This document shows, piece after piece, positions 37,786 to 51,417 of a stretch of 64,000 nt of DNA; the stretch's first letter is position 1; each line of letters starts with the position of its first letter. Source of the DNA: Octopus sinensis (taxonomy: Eukaryota); contig NC_043015.1 in the NCBI RefSeq assembly GCF_006345805.1, positions 37,510,001-37,574,000 of the forward strand, read 5' to 3'. The translations under genes and the position numbers were made by a program. Below the pieces are notes generated by a model, which searched no databases, had not been told where the DNA came from, and worked only from the letters and a program-made list of their open reading frames with translations.

Positions 37786-38000
37786 CCATATCTTACCCTT
37801 AAGCACCAATGCGCCTTTTCGTTTTGTTTTAAGGTTTTAGGTTTGTTTTAGGTTTTAATCTTTTTTCTTAAGTCCATCAGTTTTGATTCGTAACATATTT
37901 GTTAGCTAATAGTAGCAGGTCATGACCCCATATAGAGTAGGGGTGAGGAAGCTTTTTATGTGGGTCGTGCCTTCATGGAATCGTTGAAATGTTATTGATT

Positions 38001-38312
38001 GAAGGAGCTTGGCAAAGTGTCTAGGGTGTTCGGCTGGTGAGAATGAGGTCGAGGGTTTGCTTCACCGCAGCCGGTTGTCCAAGATACTTTATTTCACGTT
38101 CCTCCTGTCCACTCAGCTGGCAAAATGAGCTATACCTGTAATTCCATGGGGCCAATCTTGTCATATTCTGTGTCATGCTGAATCTCCCCGAGAACTGCGT
38201 CAAGAGTACACGTGTCTGTGGAGTGCTTTGCCACTTGCACGTTACTCTCACGAGCTGGCTACTCCGTTGATCGGATCGACAGGAACCCGCGTCGTCGTAA
38301 CCGACGGAGTGT
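38001..38312 (+). mobile_element. CORE-like SINE (S3) with long 3' tail
   Basis: TTTCACGTT.CTCCTGTCCACTCAGCTGGCAAAATGAG, shared with the copy at 48750-48962, then ..GTACACGTGTCTGTGGAGTGC..GTCGTAACCGACGGAGTG. Confidence 0.7.
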
Positions 38313-38499
38313 CAGGTGCCAGATGCCAGCTAACTTTTCGCTCGCCAACATGATAATTACTAAGATAAAAATTAAACAAGAAAAATTCACATGGAATTTC
38401 ACAATTTAGAAACAAGAATCCCATCGATCTTTTGTGTAAATACTGCTACGCAATAAATTTTTGTAGAAATATAATGAAAATAAATTTGAAACCGTTTTT

Positions 38500-38712
38500 A
38501 AGGTGGTGATGTAGCAGGATCTTTGGCAGGCCGGACAAAATGCTTAGCGTCACTTCATCCGTCTTTATATTCTGAGTTTAAACTCTGCTGAGGAAGACTC
38601 AACCCATCATCATTTCGGGGCTGATGCAATAAGTACCAGTTGCAGACTGGGGTCGATGTAATCGACTTACCTCTCCGCCGAAACTTCTGGCCCTGCGCCA
38701 AACATTAAAATC
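38500..38712 (+). mobile_element. S2 SINE
   Basis: CAAAATGCTTAGCG..TTCTGAGTTT..AAGTACCAGTTGCAGACTGGGGTCGATGTAATCGACTTA. Confidence 0.8.
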
Positions 38713-39467
38713 AATAATTCCTTGATATTTAATCAGAAATTATCCACGGTTTCCTGGAATCAGTTCGCTAATAATTCGGGAGTTCCTTTCTTAAATGGTT
38801 ATAGACGAACCCTTACAGAACCTTATACACACCATCCCACAACCAGGGTCATTACTGGTCACATTTGTTGAGATATCGATATCGGAAGATATATTAGTGC
38901 ATATGAAGATGTGAAATTAAACGCTTATTTGTATATTTGTTTGTTGGTTTGTATGTATGTAGGTATGTGTGTATGCATGTGTGTGTGAGTGTGCGTGCGC
39001 GTGTATGTATGTATGTATGCGTGTGTGTGTGCTGCATGTATGTGTGTGCGTGTATGTATGTATATGTGTGTGCGTGTATGTATGTGTGAGTGTATGTGTG
39101 AGTCTATGTATGTATGTGTGTGAGTGTATGTGTGTGTGAGTGTATGTATGTATGAGTATAGGTATGTGTGTGTATATGTATGTATACATGCATGTATTTA
39201 TGTATGCGTATGTATGTTTTTGTTTGCGTAAATACGTATACACATACAGACGCACTGACACATGCATATCCGGAAATATACCCATAATTAATATATCTCG
39301 TGTAAGTAAAGATGAACTTATTGTTGCCATGACAACGGATCACCAATATAATTCGTCCGATGTATTCATTCATTGCAATTATCTCGAATAACTCTTCCGT
39401 AGAATCACTGACATTTCATGCAGTCTACTGAGAGCAAGTATTGCAGTCACATGACTGTTTAACAGCC

Positions 39468-39500
<33 letters not shown>

Positions 39501-39547
39501 TGTGTGTGTGTGTGTGTACATAGGTATATATACAAGAGTTAAGTAAC

Positions 39548-39689
39548 GGATTACATAAGATCCGGACTCCGGACTACATGTGTTTAGTAACGAGCGGAAC
39601 TTCGGAAGTGGTAAGTATCGCTTGGATATTTACCACTTTCGAGGTTCCGCTCGCTATGAAACATAAGTAGCTCGGATTTTATGTATTCC
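39548..39689. repeat. Palindromic fold-back element (MITE-like or hairpin RNA)
   Basis: 39591-39619 pairs with 39625-39653 over 29 bp (3 G-U pairs on the plus strand) around the loop GCTTG. Imperfect pairing extends to GGA.TACATA / TATGTA.TCC. Confidence 0.85.
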
Positions 39690-39922
39690 ATTCCTTAATT
39701 CTTGTATTCTTGTTCACATACCCGGCCACCCAGATCGTCCACCGTGAAATATAAACAGAGCTTTTTTTCAGTTTATCGTATTTCGATATCAAACAACCCA
39801 CGACCTTCCGTCTCAATAAACCACTGTTGCCCCTATGAGTATGTTTTTTTTTAAATATTTACTATGGATTACTTCTAGCAGACTATCTTCCTACGCCTCT
39901 ATCCTTGGATCTTATATATATA

Positions 39923-40136
39923 CTTTTCTACTCTAGGCACAAAGCCCGACATTTTTGCGGAGGGGGCCAGTCGATAAGATCGACCCCAGTACGCAACTGC
40001 TACTTAATTTATCAACCCTGAAAGGATGAGAGGCAAAATCAACCTCGGCGGTATTTCAACTCAAAACGTAAAGACAGACGCAATACCGCTATGCATTTCG
40101 TCCGGCATGCTAACGTTTTTGCCAGCTCACCGCCTT
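39923..40136 (-). mobile_element. S2 SINE, full length
   Basis: Reverse complement runs from AAGGCGGTGAGCTGGCAAAAACGTTAGC to GTGCCTAGAGTAGAAAAG. Confidence 0.9.
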
Positions 40137-40137
40137 G

Positions 40138-40196
<59 letters not shown>

Positions 40197-40424
40197 GTTC
40201 ACCTCGGAGTAGTGAGAGGTGTTGTTGGACAGCGCTTTTCTTAGGCAGGGCCGGTGTGCACTATATGTATGTCGAGTCCTTCCCTAATAACTGCGTGTTG
40301 TATCGCTGCAGTAGTTCTGTCGTCAAAGTGTGGTAGCTTCAGGAAGCACATGCCGGACTAGGGAGTATGATGGTTCTTCCGGGGATTATAGACCCAGATG
40401 TTCTTTTGGCGCCGTTGTTTGGCT

Positions 40425-40788
40425 AAAGATGGAGGAGGTAGTGCTTCCCTAGCTCAAGACAAGGGATGCTGAAGACCCTATATCTGACAACAGGACTCTA
40501 AAACGTGCCACACAAGCAGGAGAAACTGTCATAGCTGTCAGACAATATCTGTGACCAGATCACCCCTAAAACCACGTAACTCCCCAGACTGCAACCCCTT
40601 GATTATTATGTGTGGGATGCAGTTGAGCGAGAGACGAACAAATCTCATGGTAACACCAAAGATGAACTAAGACAAGGATTATGGCAGCATTCACCAACTT
40701 AAACAAGGAGACCATCCAGAAATGATGGAGGAAATTCCAGAGTCGCTTCGAGGCCGTGGTTGAAGCCAATGGAGATTTTATTGAATAA
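40425..40788 (+). pseudogene. Tc1/mariner (maT, DD37D-like) transposase C-terminal relic
   Basis: Frameshifted translation EEVVLP*..RPYI*QQDS..CHTSRR..NSPDCNPLDYYVWDAVERETNK..TKDEL..IMAAFTNLNKETIQK..FQSRFEAVVEANGDFIE*. The D-to-D spacing cannot be counted exactly because of indels. Confidence 0.85.
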
Positions 40789-40897
40789 ATTTACTCTTTA
40801 GTATTTCAAGATATTTTAATATATTCTTGGTGAATATATCTGTTAACATTGGATTTTCATTTTTAAGCAATTGGAAATATATTCACCACAACGTGTA

Positions 40898-40944
<47 letters not shown>

Positions 40945-40964
40945 TATATATTTATATACACGAC

Positions 40965-41087
40965 AGGCTTCTTTCAGTTTCCGTCTACCAAATCCACTCA
41001 CAAGGCTTTGGTCGGCCCGTGGCTGTAGTAGAAGACACTTGCAAGGTGTAATGGGAGTGAGCCGGGAACCACGTGGTTGGGAAGCAA
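40965..41087 (-). mobile_element. S1 SINE 5' fragment
   Basis: CTTCTTTCAGTTTCCGTCTACCAAATCCACTCACAAGGCTTTGGTCGGCCCG..AGAAGACACTTG. Confidence 0.8.
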
Positions 41088-41236
41088 GGATGCATTTGAC
41101 TTTTCGGACAGAACCGGTGTCTCCCTCACTTTGTGTCTGTCAGTCTCTCTCTCTCTTTCTCTCTTTCACTCTCTCTCTCTCTCTCTCTCCCTCTTTCTTT
41201 TCTCTGCATATATCTATCCTATCTATATATAATATA

Positions 41237-41277
<41 letters not shown>

Positions 41278-43079
41278 TTATTTATTTATTTATTCATACA
41301 TGCATACACGTATGCATACATACATACATACATACATACATACATACATACATACATACATTCTTGCAGGTAGGCGTAAGTGCGTATACGTTAAAGACTC
41401 GTCTACGGCTGAATTCAATCAGTTTAATTAAACGTTTTTTGCATATTTTCTTAATCCTTTATATTGGTGTCGGATCAATAGTGTTTCGTAATAAATCAGT
41501 CCCTCAATATTTCAAGATTTTGCCATTTACCTTCGCTGGATAAAATGTCTCCCAATCATAATTCTTTCCCATTTACCAGCAAGTCCAGTACCTCTAGGAG
41601 GGGAGCAAAGAACCAATTACTTCAACTACCAACTCTTGAATTCAATCGACAATTTAATCGATAAAGGATGACTGCAAAGCCATCCTCAGACTTATTTATA
41701 CATAGAGCGTAAAACCGGAAGAAGTGTCGCTAATCATTTTGTGCGGTGCGCTAACCATTCTGTCGGTTCGCTGCCCTTGCAGACCCCTAGAAGAGTTGCA
41801 CGTTATATTGTTGTGGTTATCGATGCTACTGTTTAACCCTGGAACATTCTTGACTGAGCAGATCTATGATTAAAAGTATCTCAACCATGTGCAAATTGTC
41901 ATTTTAGTTAAATAAAGTATCGCATTTGTAATGTACGTTGTTATTTATATTGGACAGTGGGAGGGGATCATTCGATGCTATCTGGCTGCTATTTCTAAAA
42001 GATGTTGCGAACACACACAAGCTTTATCGTTTAGCTGTATTTCCTTTTAGTAGTTGAAGAATTCGATCATGAATCGAAAGCGATATTTTTGCGAGACAAT
42101 GTTTATAGTGTTTAACCTTTGTGTACTTTAATAAATTACTTATTTCAAAACTTTGCAGAAATCTCATTAATAAGGAATAAAAGAATTTACTTCTAATTAT
42201 CCTGGTGCCATGAGCTATTTTAGATGAGAAAGTCTCATCCCTAGCAATAGTGCACATCTAAATGGCAAATAAAGAGACAGTACACAAGATAATTATCAGA
42301 CTAATCAATTTATCTTATTTTCTTTTAGAGTTAGGTATTCATTCTAAAGTGCAAAGTGCTCGGGAATTCAGATTTTTCTGTTGATAATGGTTTTGAAAAA
42401 CAAGTCCGTAAATGTTATTGGGGAGTAAATGCAGACGTGTTTTGAGATCATATTTTCACCTACCTTTTTTGAAACAGGTAAAGGCATGTGCTATAGGTGT
42501 TCTCTCATTCGAATTGTTTTTACTTGGTCAACAATTGCATTAACAGGATGAATTGGCATCCGAACTAAAATCAGCGACGGACATTTGAACAGCTGTCTGT
42601 GGGAAGGTCTTCGATACCGTTTTGGTCTACCCAGATGCAATCGCACACGTTGGGGAGGCCGAAGGGTTCTCTCTCTCCCTCTCCCACTCTATCTATCTAT
42701 CTATCTCACTCTCTCTCTCGCTCTCTCCGTTTTCTCTCGCTCTCTTTCTCTTTTGCCAGGGATACCCACAATGAAATCTAATCCAGGGCTTCATGATTTC
42801 AAAGACAACTTCAACGTAAATAACCGAAACCTGCGTCCATCATGCACTCACACGCAAACACACACAAACAAGCACGCACAGGGAGAGGGGGGTAGAGAGA
42901 GAGAGGTTGGAGAGAGAAACACATAAACATATGCATGCATATGTATATATATATATATATATATATAATATCCCTCTTTATAAGAACATACATACATAAA
43001 TATATATATATGTATGCATGTATGTTCATATAAAGAGGAATATATATATATACATATGTATGAACATATATATATATAC

Positions 43080-43116
<37 letters not shown>

Positions 43117-43123
43117 AAGATGG

Positions 43124-43158
<35 letters not shown>

Positions 43159-43228
43159 TATATGCTTATATACATATGCTTATATATATGCTTATATATA
43201 TATATATAAATATTATATGCTATATATT

Positions 43229-43296
<68 letters not shown>

Positions 43297-44645
43297 TGTA
43301 TGTATGTATGTACGTATGTATACCAATTGGTTATGTTCTCTGTTATGCCTGCATGTACTTAATGGTTTACAAACATTTTAGATTTTCTGATCTGTGAAAA
43401 GAATTTAGTGGAAAATGAATTACATGCAGCATGAATAAAAGATTGGAAGCTACAGTATGAGATTAAGTACAACAAAGGATTAGCTTTGATCCTTTCCATG
43501 TTAAAATAAGACGTGTTGAATTTAATAAGATTTTCACTGAATTTGCAATATTTCTGATTACAGCTGCTCGATAAATATTTGCTGGTTGCAAATTGAAACA
43601 GATTTCTCTAAAACATTCTTTAAAGTATGGAAACTAAAAATAACGATCACAGATACTTTGCCTCTAGCAGAAAGTGTAGGAACAACTACGAGGTATTGCA
43701 AACTCTTCTCCTGAAGAGGCCTAAAGCCATGACAATGTCGGAAACACTTCCGTATCGTCAGCAAGCACTTGAGGCTCATGATCTTTTCTAACCCTTGTCC
43801 ATATGCTTTGCTTGAGTGGGGCGACGGGGAATGCGTTACTCTTGCCCTACAGCGGAATATTAAACTCCGACCCATATTACTAGGATATTGAAGACGAATA
43901 GGTATTTTAGTAGCAATACAAAAGGTTGCCAATTGTGTTTTTTGTTTTATTTAGTCAGAGATTTAAGTCAATAGATATAGCTAAAGATCAACTTTATCCA
44001 ATTAACAAGCGATTCGAATATTTGGAAGAAATACTTGTAGCGATAAAATATCTGGAAATATTCTAAAAGTCTGCAGAATTGTTAGTCTGTCATATGGGAA
44101 TGTTGTCTGTGTATATACGCCAATTCCTTGTCATCTATATCGTCGAACTACAGTTGTAAATGTCATATGTTGCAATCTAGATTCTTTTCTCCATGTCAAT
44201 TTGTGAGTGGTCATGAATTTAATATCGGTAATGAGGCTGAAAGCATAACGGACAACATTCAGGAATTTATGATGGTTTATAGCGGCTTAAAGGTCTTCCA
44301 CGAGTCAAATAATTCGACAGTTTAACGCAGCTGAAGTTTAAGTAGCGTGTCCAAAAGAGAGACGGACAGACAGGCTGAGAGCGAAAGAAAGAGAGACAAA
44401 CAGAGGAAAGAGCGACGGACAAATATAGTTAAATACTTAATGTAAAGCAAATAAATGTACGTATGAAAGCATTAATGTATTTGTTAACATACGTGGTGCA
44501 TATGTGGTGTGTGTGTGTGTGTATAAACGCATGATTCTATGCACAAATAATGATTCGTGCACTACGGAATACTTTGCAATGCAAATGGAACAAAATAATT
44601 TCCATAAACGGAGACAAATAGGCAAAATGTATGCGTGCTTACATC

Positions 44646-44680
<35 letters not shown>

Positions 44681-44805
44681 ATGTGCATGTATGTGTGTGT
44701 GTGTGTGTATACATACACATAACGGATAGATAGATAGGTAGATAGATAAGTAGATAGATAGATAGATTGAAAGACAGACAGACAGAAAGATAGACAGACA
44801 GACAA

Positions 44806-44883
<78 letters not shown>

Positions 44884-44950
44884 GATGGTACACGTGCATA
44901 CATATGTGGTGGGGGATGTCTTATGTAAGTTATTATAATCATTATCATTA

Positions 44951-44991
<41 letters not shown>

Positions 44992-45530
44992 TTATTATTA
45001 TTATTAATACGTCAGTAGGTATTGCTAAGTACAAATAGAGCAGTTGTAAACGCTCTCATGAAGATTTAGACAATCTGTCCACAAACCATCATCTGGAGGC
45101 GGTGCGGATAATTCAGTGATGTTTGCATATTAAAAAGATATAGCTATAGATGCATCGTATATTATGACCAGCACAACTGTGTGCCTGGTGGTAGTTGTAT
45201 GGGTGGTCCGGGAAATTGTTTACGTTGTCCTGTGATTGTAGAGATGGGAGTTGAGGTGGGAGTCGGGAAGATGCCTGGGTAATGGCATTCACTACGATAA
45301 TATTGATCGGAATGGCCCGGATTTACATCATTCTTTCGTAACTAAATCCTTTTTGTGTACGTGTATGTGTTTGCGCGTATATGTATGTATGTATATATAT
45401 ATATATATATATAAATATTCGTATGTGTGTGTGTGTGTGCATGTGTATGCGTGTGTGTATATATATATGTGTGTATATATATGTATATATATATAGATAG
45501 ATAGATATATAGATAGATATATAGATAGAG

Positions 45531-45570
<40 letters not shown>

Positions 45571-45571
45571 G

Positions 45572-45632
<61 letters not shown>

Positions 45633-45884
45633 GTAGATAGATAGATAGATAAAGGAACAAAAATATGTATATATATACCCATAAACATATTTTTATCTCT
45701 GTATATGTGTATTTGTATGTTTGTATGTATGTATGTATGTATGTATGTATGTATGTATGTATGTATGTATGTATGTGTGCAGATTTGTATGTTTTGTTTT
45801 ATGTATGTATTCTCATGCATATAGTTACATATCTAGACATGCTCATATATATTTAAATGATAAACTTCTAGAAAGTTTATCATT

Positions 45885-46425
45885 ACTCCTCTCAGCTAAT
45901 GTCACTCAACCGTGTAAAATTAACAGCGGTCCTTGAAGCAATGCAGCGAAGCTTCACAAAAATAATCGCCTCATTGCAAGAGCTCAGCAACTGAGAACGG
46001 TTGAAACATCTAAAATTCTTCTTCCTGGAGCGAAGGCTGAAGAGGTATGCAGTAATATACATCTGGAAGATCCTGGAAGGAATTATGTCAAATTTTGGCA
46101 TTTTTAAGCTACACTAATGCCAGAACGGGTCGATACTGCACAGTGCCAAAGATCCCAGCAATGCCATCGCGCTTCAAGACCAGTTACTGCAACAGCCTAG
46201 GTTTCAGCGGCCCACAGCTTTATAATATTTTCCCAAAGAGCCTGAAGGACCTACACAAAGTGGATGTAGGTGTTTTCAAGTCAAAACTGGACCTCTTTCT
46301 GTCGATAGTCCCAGATGAATCTACCCCGTGTACCCCGAGGGTAGCGACATCAAACTCCCTTATTCACCATACATACATACATACATACATACATACATAC
46401 ATACATACATTCATACATACATACA
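45885..46425 (+). mobile_element. CR1-type LINE 3' end with (CATA)n tail
   Basis: LEAMQRSFTKIIASLQELSN*ERLKHLKFFFLERRLKRYAVIYIWKILEG/..GPQLYNIFPKSLKDL..VFKSKLDLFLSIVPDE..SNSLIH resembles the typical CR1-group ORF2 C-terminus. (CATA)n follows from 46368. Confidence 0.85.
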
Positions 46426-46806
46426 CACACACACACATACATGTTTTCTTTAGTAAATTGTGTACACAGAAGAGATATTTCAGAATGAACATGAATATCT
46501 CTTTCCAGTTTAAATATAATTATTGGTAGCTACATTCATTCAAACGAAAGCCTTTTTCTATACCCAGAATATCAAAATAACAACGTGCTACAAGATATAC
46601 CTGTACTGGTTATATATTACCCACTCGTTGTTTTTTTCTCTTTCCTAAGCCAAACTCCTTGTTATAAAATCTCTAACCTGGTTCAAATATGATAATATTG
46701 ATTTAGCAAATGGTATGTTGTTTAATGTTGAGTGGCATTCACTCCAAGACCTAGAAAATAGAATAGTAATGACAGAGGTTACAGCAGCGAATGTTTCCGT
46801 TACATT

Positions 46807-46864
<58 letters not shown>

Positions 46865-47063
46865 TATATATTCTTGCTTTCTTTTTCTTGCTGAAACATC
46901 AATTTTATTATAAAATGCACATCATATAAATTGCAATGCACAAAGAAATACGATAATAATTCTATGGTCGGTGCTTTCCCCCACTTTATTTATGCTATAT
47001 ATAATGTGTCCGAAGAGTTCAGTTTGATGTAATGAACGAAAAAAAATGAAATGAAAACGTAAA

Positions 47064-47184
47064 GGAAGTACCGGAGTTTGTGTTGTATAGTAACTGTTGA
47101 AATGAAGCAGATACAAAATGGCGGAGAATCTACGATGTGATTTACTTTTAAATGTGTAGCCATGTTTTTATGGCGACATCAGGT
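47064..47184 (+). promoter_or_regulatory. Candidate promoter/first exon: ETS-like GGAAGT, YY1-type CAAAATGGCGG, donor CAG|GTATTT
   Basis: GGAAGT at 47064-47069, CAAAATGGCGG at 47114-47124, and ATGGCGACATCAG|GT with GT at 47183-47184. Motifs only. Confidence 0.3.
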
Positions 47185-47841
47185 ATTTGGGGAAGCAGAT
47201 CCTCTTAAATTCTGATTTGAATTATTGCATGTGAGCTGCGTCTATAAGTGCACGTGTGTGTGTGTGTGTGTGTGTACAGATATATATGTGTGAGCATATG
47301 CATATTTGTACGTGCGTGGGCGAGTGTGAATGTGTACATGAGTGTGGTGATGTATAAGTGTAAGCGGAGGTGAGCAAATTGCATTTAATACACTAATGAT
47401 TTATAAGGCGACTTAGGCGCTTGTCGTGTACACATCATGAATAATACATTGAGAGTTTTCCAGTGGCTCTCCTGGCTTTCTCTCCGCTCTTCTTCCTCTC
47501 CCACTTCCGTCTTTTCGCCGATCTTCCTCAATCTCTATCAGATCTCTCTCTTTCTCTCCGTATCTCGCTTCGTCTTTCTTTCTCCCTCTTTGTATCTCTC
47601 TTCCTCTCTTTCTCATTCCATTTCTATCTATGCATCTCTGTCCTACAGTTGGTATACTGTGTCTACCGTTATAAGACATATTATTGCTCTGATTAAGACT
47701 AACTTCTCTCCTGCACTCCTACTTTGACCTCTTACATACATTAAATCACGATTTGTGAAGCGAGCGAAACTTTCACAGAACCTAATCGAAATTTACGGCA
47801 TAGTCACATTCCAAAGAATTATGTATGATACTTGAGACAAG

Positions 47842-47885
<44 letters not shown>

Positions 47886-47894
47886 CCATCATCA

Positions 47895-47964
<70 letters not shown>

Positions 47965-48075
47965 GAGTGAGAGATCTGTGCATCCCATTAACGTGACACT
48001 GGAGTAAAATATACGAAGCCCAGTATACCCATCATGACTACCAGTCTGCTAAGAGTACACCAAGCACAAGCATCA
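47965..48075. mobile_element. (TAA)n-abutting repeat family T, copy 1
   Basis: (TTA)n|GAGTGAGAG..GTGACACTGG.GTAAAATATACGAAGCCCA.TATACCCATCATGACTACC, homologous to 61227-61368 with the same junction. Confidence 0.75.
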
Positions 48076-48749
48076 GTGTTAATAAATATATAGCAATAGT
48101 GTAGATCATAAAAGGAGTTTGTTAAGAGATTGCAAGTCGCGAAAATAAAAGACATCGTTGACCCATGGTCGCGCAGGGAATGGCTCTTAAAATGACTCTT
48201 GAATGAAACACAAATTATGTGGCGCTATTTGTATTCGAACTCTGAAACGAGACTGTGTCGTAATAAAGTTACGTTTAGATCGTCAACAGACTGCAATTGT
48301 CGCGTTCTCACTAGTTCCAAGCAAATGGACAAGTTTTGACTATGAATCATGCCTCAACATAGAGACTATTCTTGTTGAGATGAATTACCGCAAAGTATTT
48401 TGATCTTGGTCATTGTGTGTGTGTGGTGTGTGTGTGTGTGTGCGTCGAGCTAATTTTTTTATGTAATTGCCAACCACAGAGCAATTACGACACTTTGATA
48501 GCCACCAACCGGTGTATATGATTAGAAATACTTTGAAAATGTAAACATAAATAAATGAAAGAACAAAGGTGCGAACTCGGTGTCTGTTTGACGCAGCAAA
48601 GAATTTAGGAAACGCAAATCTCCCGCAACATCCGTAATATCATCCAACCACACACAATCTGTAACGCGCCTCCTCGAAAACCACAACCACAGAAGTTTGT
48701 ATTATAATAAATAAATGCGCCCTTTTAAAGCCTAACCAGGCTCATGGGC

Positions 48750-48962
48750 CCAGTTTCCCGGTTTCAATGGCGTATGTGTTCCCCAGCTGGACGGAACGCC
48801 AGTCCATCGCAGCGTTACTCATTTTTGCCAGCTGAGTGGACTGGAGCAACGTGAAATTAAGTGTTTTGCTCAAGAACACAACGCGTCGCCCTGTCCAGGA
48901 ATCGAAACCACAATCTTACGATCATGATGATGACACCCTAACCATTAAGCCACGCGCCTCCA
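48750..48962 (-). mobile_element. tRNA-derived CORE-like SINE (S3)
   Basis: A box TGGCTTAATGG, B box GGTTTCGATTCC, then TTCACGTTGCTCCAGTCCACTCAGCTGGCAAAAATGAG. Confidence 0.85.
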
Positions 48963-49658
48963 CATAGAAGTTTGTAGTAAATCAATATACAAACCTATTC
49001 GTAAAACTCTTTCCGATGAACAATGGAAGTCTTTCATTTATAGCCAAATATTTTTATCTACTTATAATTTCTATATTTATAAGATGTTATCGAATATATA
49101 ATAAGTTTATATTATAGCAAGTAAACTCTCTGAAACACTTGGCACCGAACATGACACGAAATGTCACACCTGCCTGCAACATTAGAAGGAAGAAGCGCTG
49201 AAGCTGAGATTAAATTTAATATTAGAAAAATATGAAACTTGGCTCAATTATTTTATAAATAGAAGGAAAAAACAAACATCCCTGCAAGGCTTCTCGTTCT
49301 TGTAAATAGAAATCAAAAAGTAGTCAATAGAAAAGGCGATTTCATTATATGTGAGTGTGTGTGGGTGTACGCGTGTGTCAGTGTGTGTTTCGCTGACGTT
49401 TAATTGCTCAAAAGACAAAATTTCGTGCCACATTCCGAGATAACTATATTTTATGTATTTCCTCCCCAACATCCTCTAATTACTATAATTTTGTTCTCGT
49501 TGAGCAGAAGATTAATATATTATTTGTTCTGCTAGGATTTCGAAAACAGAAATTTCTCATAACATTTGTCAAAATACTCTAAATATTGCATGCATATGCA
49601 TACGCACACATATATATGTACACACACAGAGTCATAATATATATACATATATTATATA

Positions 49659-49717
<59 letters not shown>

Positions 49718-49733
49718 AATATATTAATATATG

Positions 49734-49766
<33 letters not shown>

Positions 49767-49803
49767 TATGTATATGTATATATATGTTTATATATATATA
49801 ATA

Positions 49804-49860
<57 letters not shown>

Positions 49861-50111
49861 ATATGTATGTATATATATATATGTGTGTGGTGTGCCTATA
49901 CATGAATTTGTGAATACTAACATAGATACATAGACAAATGTATATTCACATATGGTTATCATTATACATGTAGATATACATACATACATACATGCGTATA
50001 TATACACACGTACCCATGTACAACTACAAACACATCCCTGTATAAACACACACAAACGTACACATACAAGCGAGTATGAATATATATGTATCTATCACAT
50101 ATATATAGATA

Positions 50112-50147
<36 letters not shown>

Positions 50148-50185
50148 TTTATGTATGTATGTGTATGTATATATGTACGTATTTA

Positions 50186-50229
<44 letters not shown>

Positions 50230-50283
50230 TATGCATGTATGCGTATTTGCACTATATCTCTGTACATATGAACCTATGTGTGT

Positions 50284-50321
<38 letters not shown>

Positions 50322-51047
50322 CACGTGTGTATATAGATAAGTATCTTGAAATGTGTTCATTCATATGTCTGCGTGTGTCAATACCTTTGTGTTTCTCTGT
50401 GTAAATCATACAAAATTGAGTGTATCAATCTACGAATATACACATATATGCACACATGTATGTATGTATGTTTGTATGTATGTATGTATTTATGTATGTA
50501 CTATGTGTGTGTGTGTATAAGAAGAGGAACATTAGAAATTAATGAACCAAAGTAAGGAAAAATTACATCGAATCTATTTGAAAACGTAATGTGGAGATTG
50601 CATCTGCCGTGTGTAGGAAAACGGATAATAGAAATTCTTTAGAATACAGAATGAATGCAATCCCGCTGGGTTTGCTAATATACCATTATGGCATCGTACA
50701 GTCGCTTTCTTATCAAAGATTATAGAACGTTTTCAAGAAATTTGAAAATTAATTAAGACATAATGATTTCATTGGAATGATCTTGCTTAGAATTGCGTAC
50801 ATATCTGGTATCTTTTGTATATCTGAGTAACATTGCATTTTGTATAGGTACATGCGAGTGTGTATATACGTGTGCCTGGTGAGTTTTTGCGTCTGTTTGT
50901 ATTCATACAAAAACTCAATAAAACGCTTGCTGTATATGTGTATGTATGTCGTATGACGTACATACATACATGCATACATACATACATACATATATATTTA
51001 TATATACAGACCCATATTTTATAAATAATATGTATACATATATACAT

Positions 51048-51308
51048 AGGCGTAGGAGTGGCTGTATGGTAAGTAGCTTGTTTACCAACCACATGGTTCC
51101 GGGTTCAGTCCCACTTTGTGTCAACTTGGGCAAGTGTCTTCTGCTATAGCCTCGGGCCGACCAAAGCCTTGTGAGCGGATTTGTTAGAGGAAACTGAAAG
51201 AAGCCCGTCGTATATATGTATCTGTCTGTATATGTTTGTGTGTCTGTATTGACAACCGATGCTGGTGTGTTTACGTCCTCGTAACTTACCGGTTCTACAA
51301 AAGATCAG
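51048..51308 (+). mobile_element. S1 SINE (head and body)
   Basis: AGGCGTAGGAGTGGCTGTATGGTAAGTAGCTTG..GGGTTCAGTCCCAC..GACAACCGATGCTGGTGTGTTTACG. A minus-strand S1 tail piece follows at about 51500-51710. Confidence 0.85.
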
Positions 51309-51377
51309 ATCTTATATAATATATGAGCATGTGTGTGTATATATACATATATGTACACACACACACACACACACACA

Positions 51378-51417
<40 letters not shown>

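Noticed and set aside
43705-43770. CTGAAGA-GGC..GCC..GAAAC hammerhead-like string
   Set aside because: Stem I and the stem II-GAAA junction do not pair properly; too degenerate to call.
43558-43932. 124-aa minus-strand ORF
   Set aside because: No motifs, no splice support, and its composition is unremarkable; likely chance.
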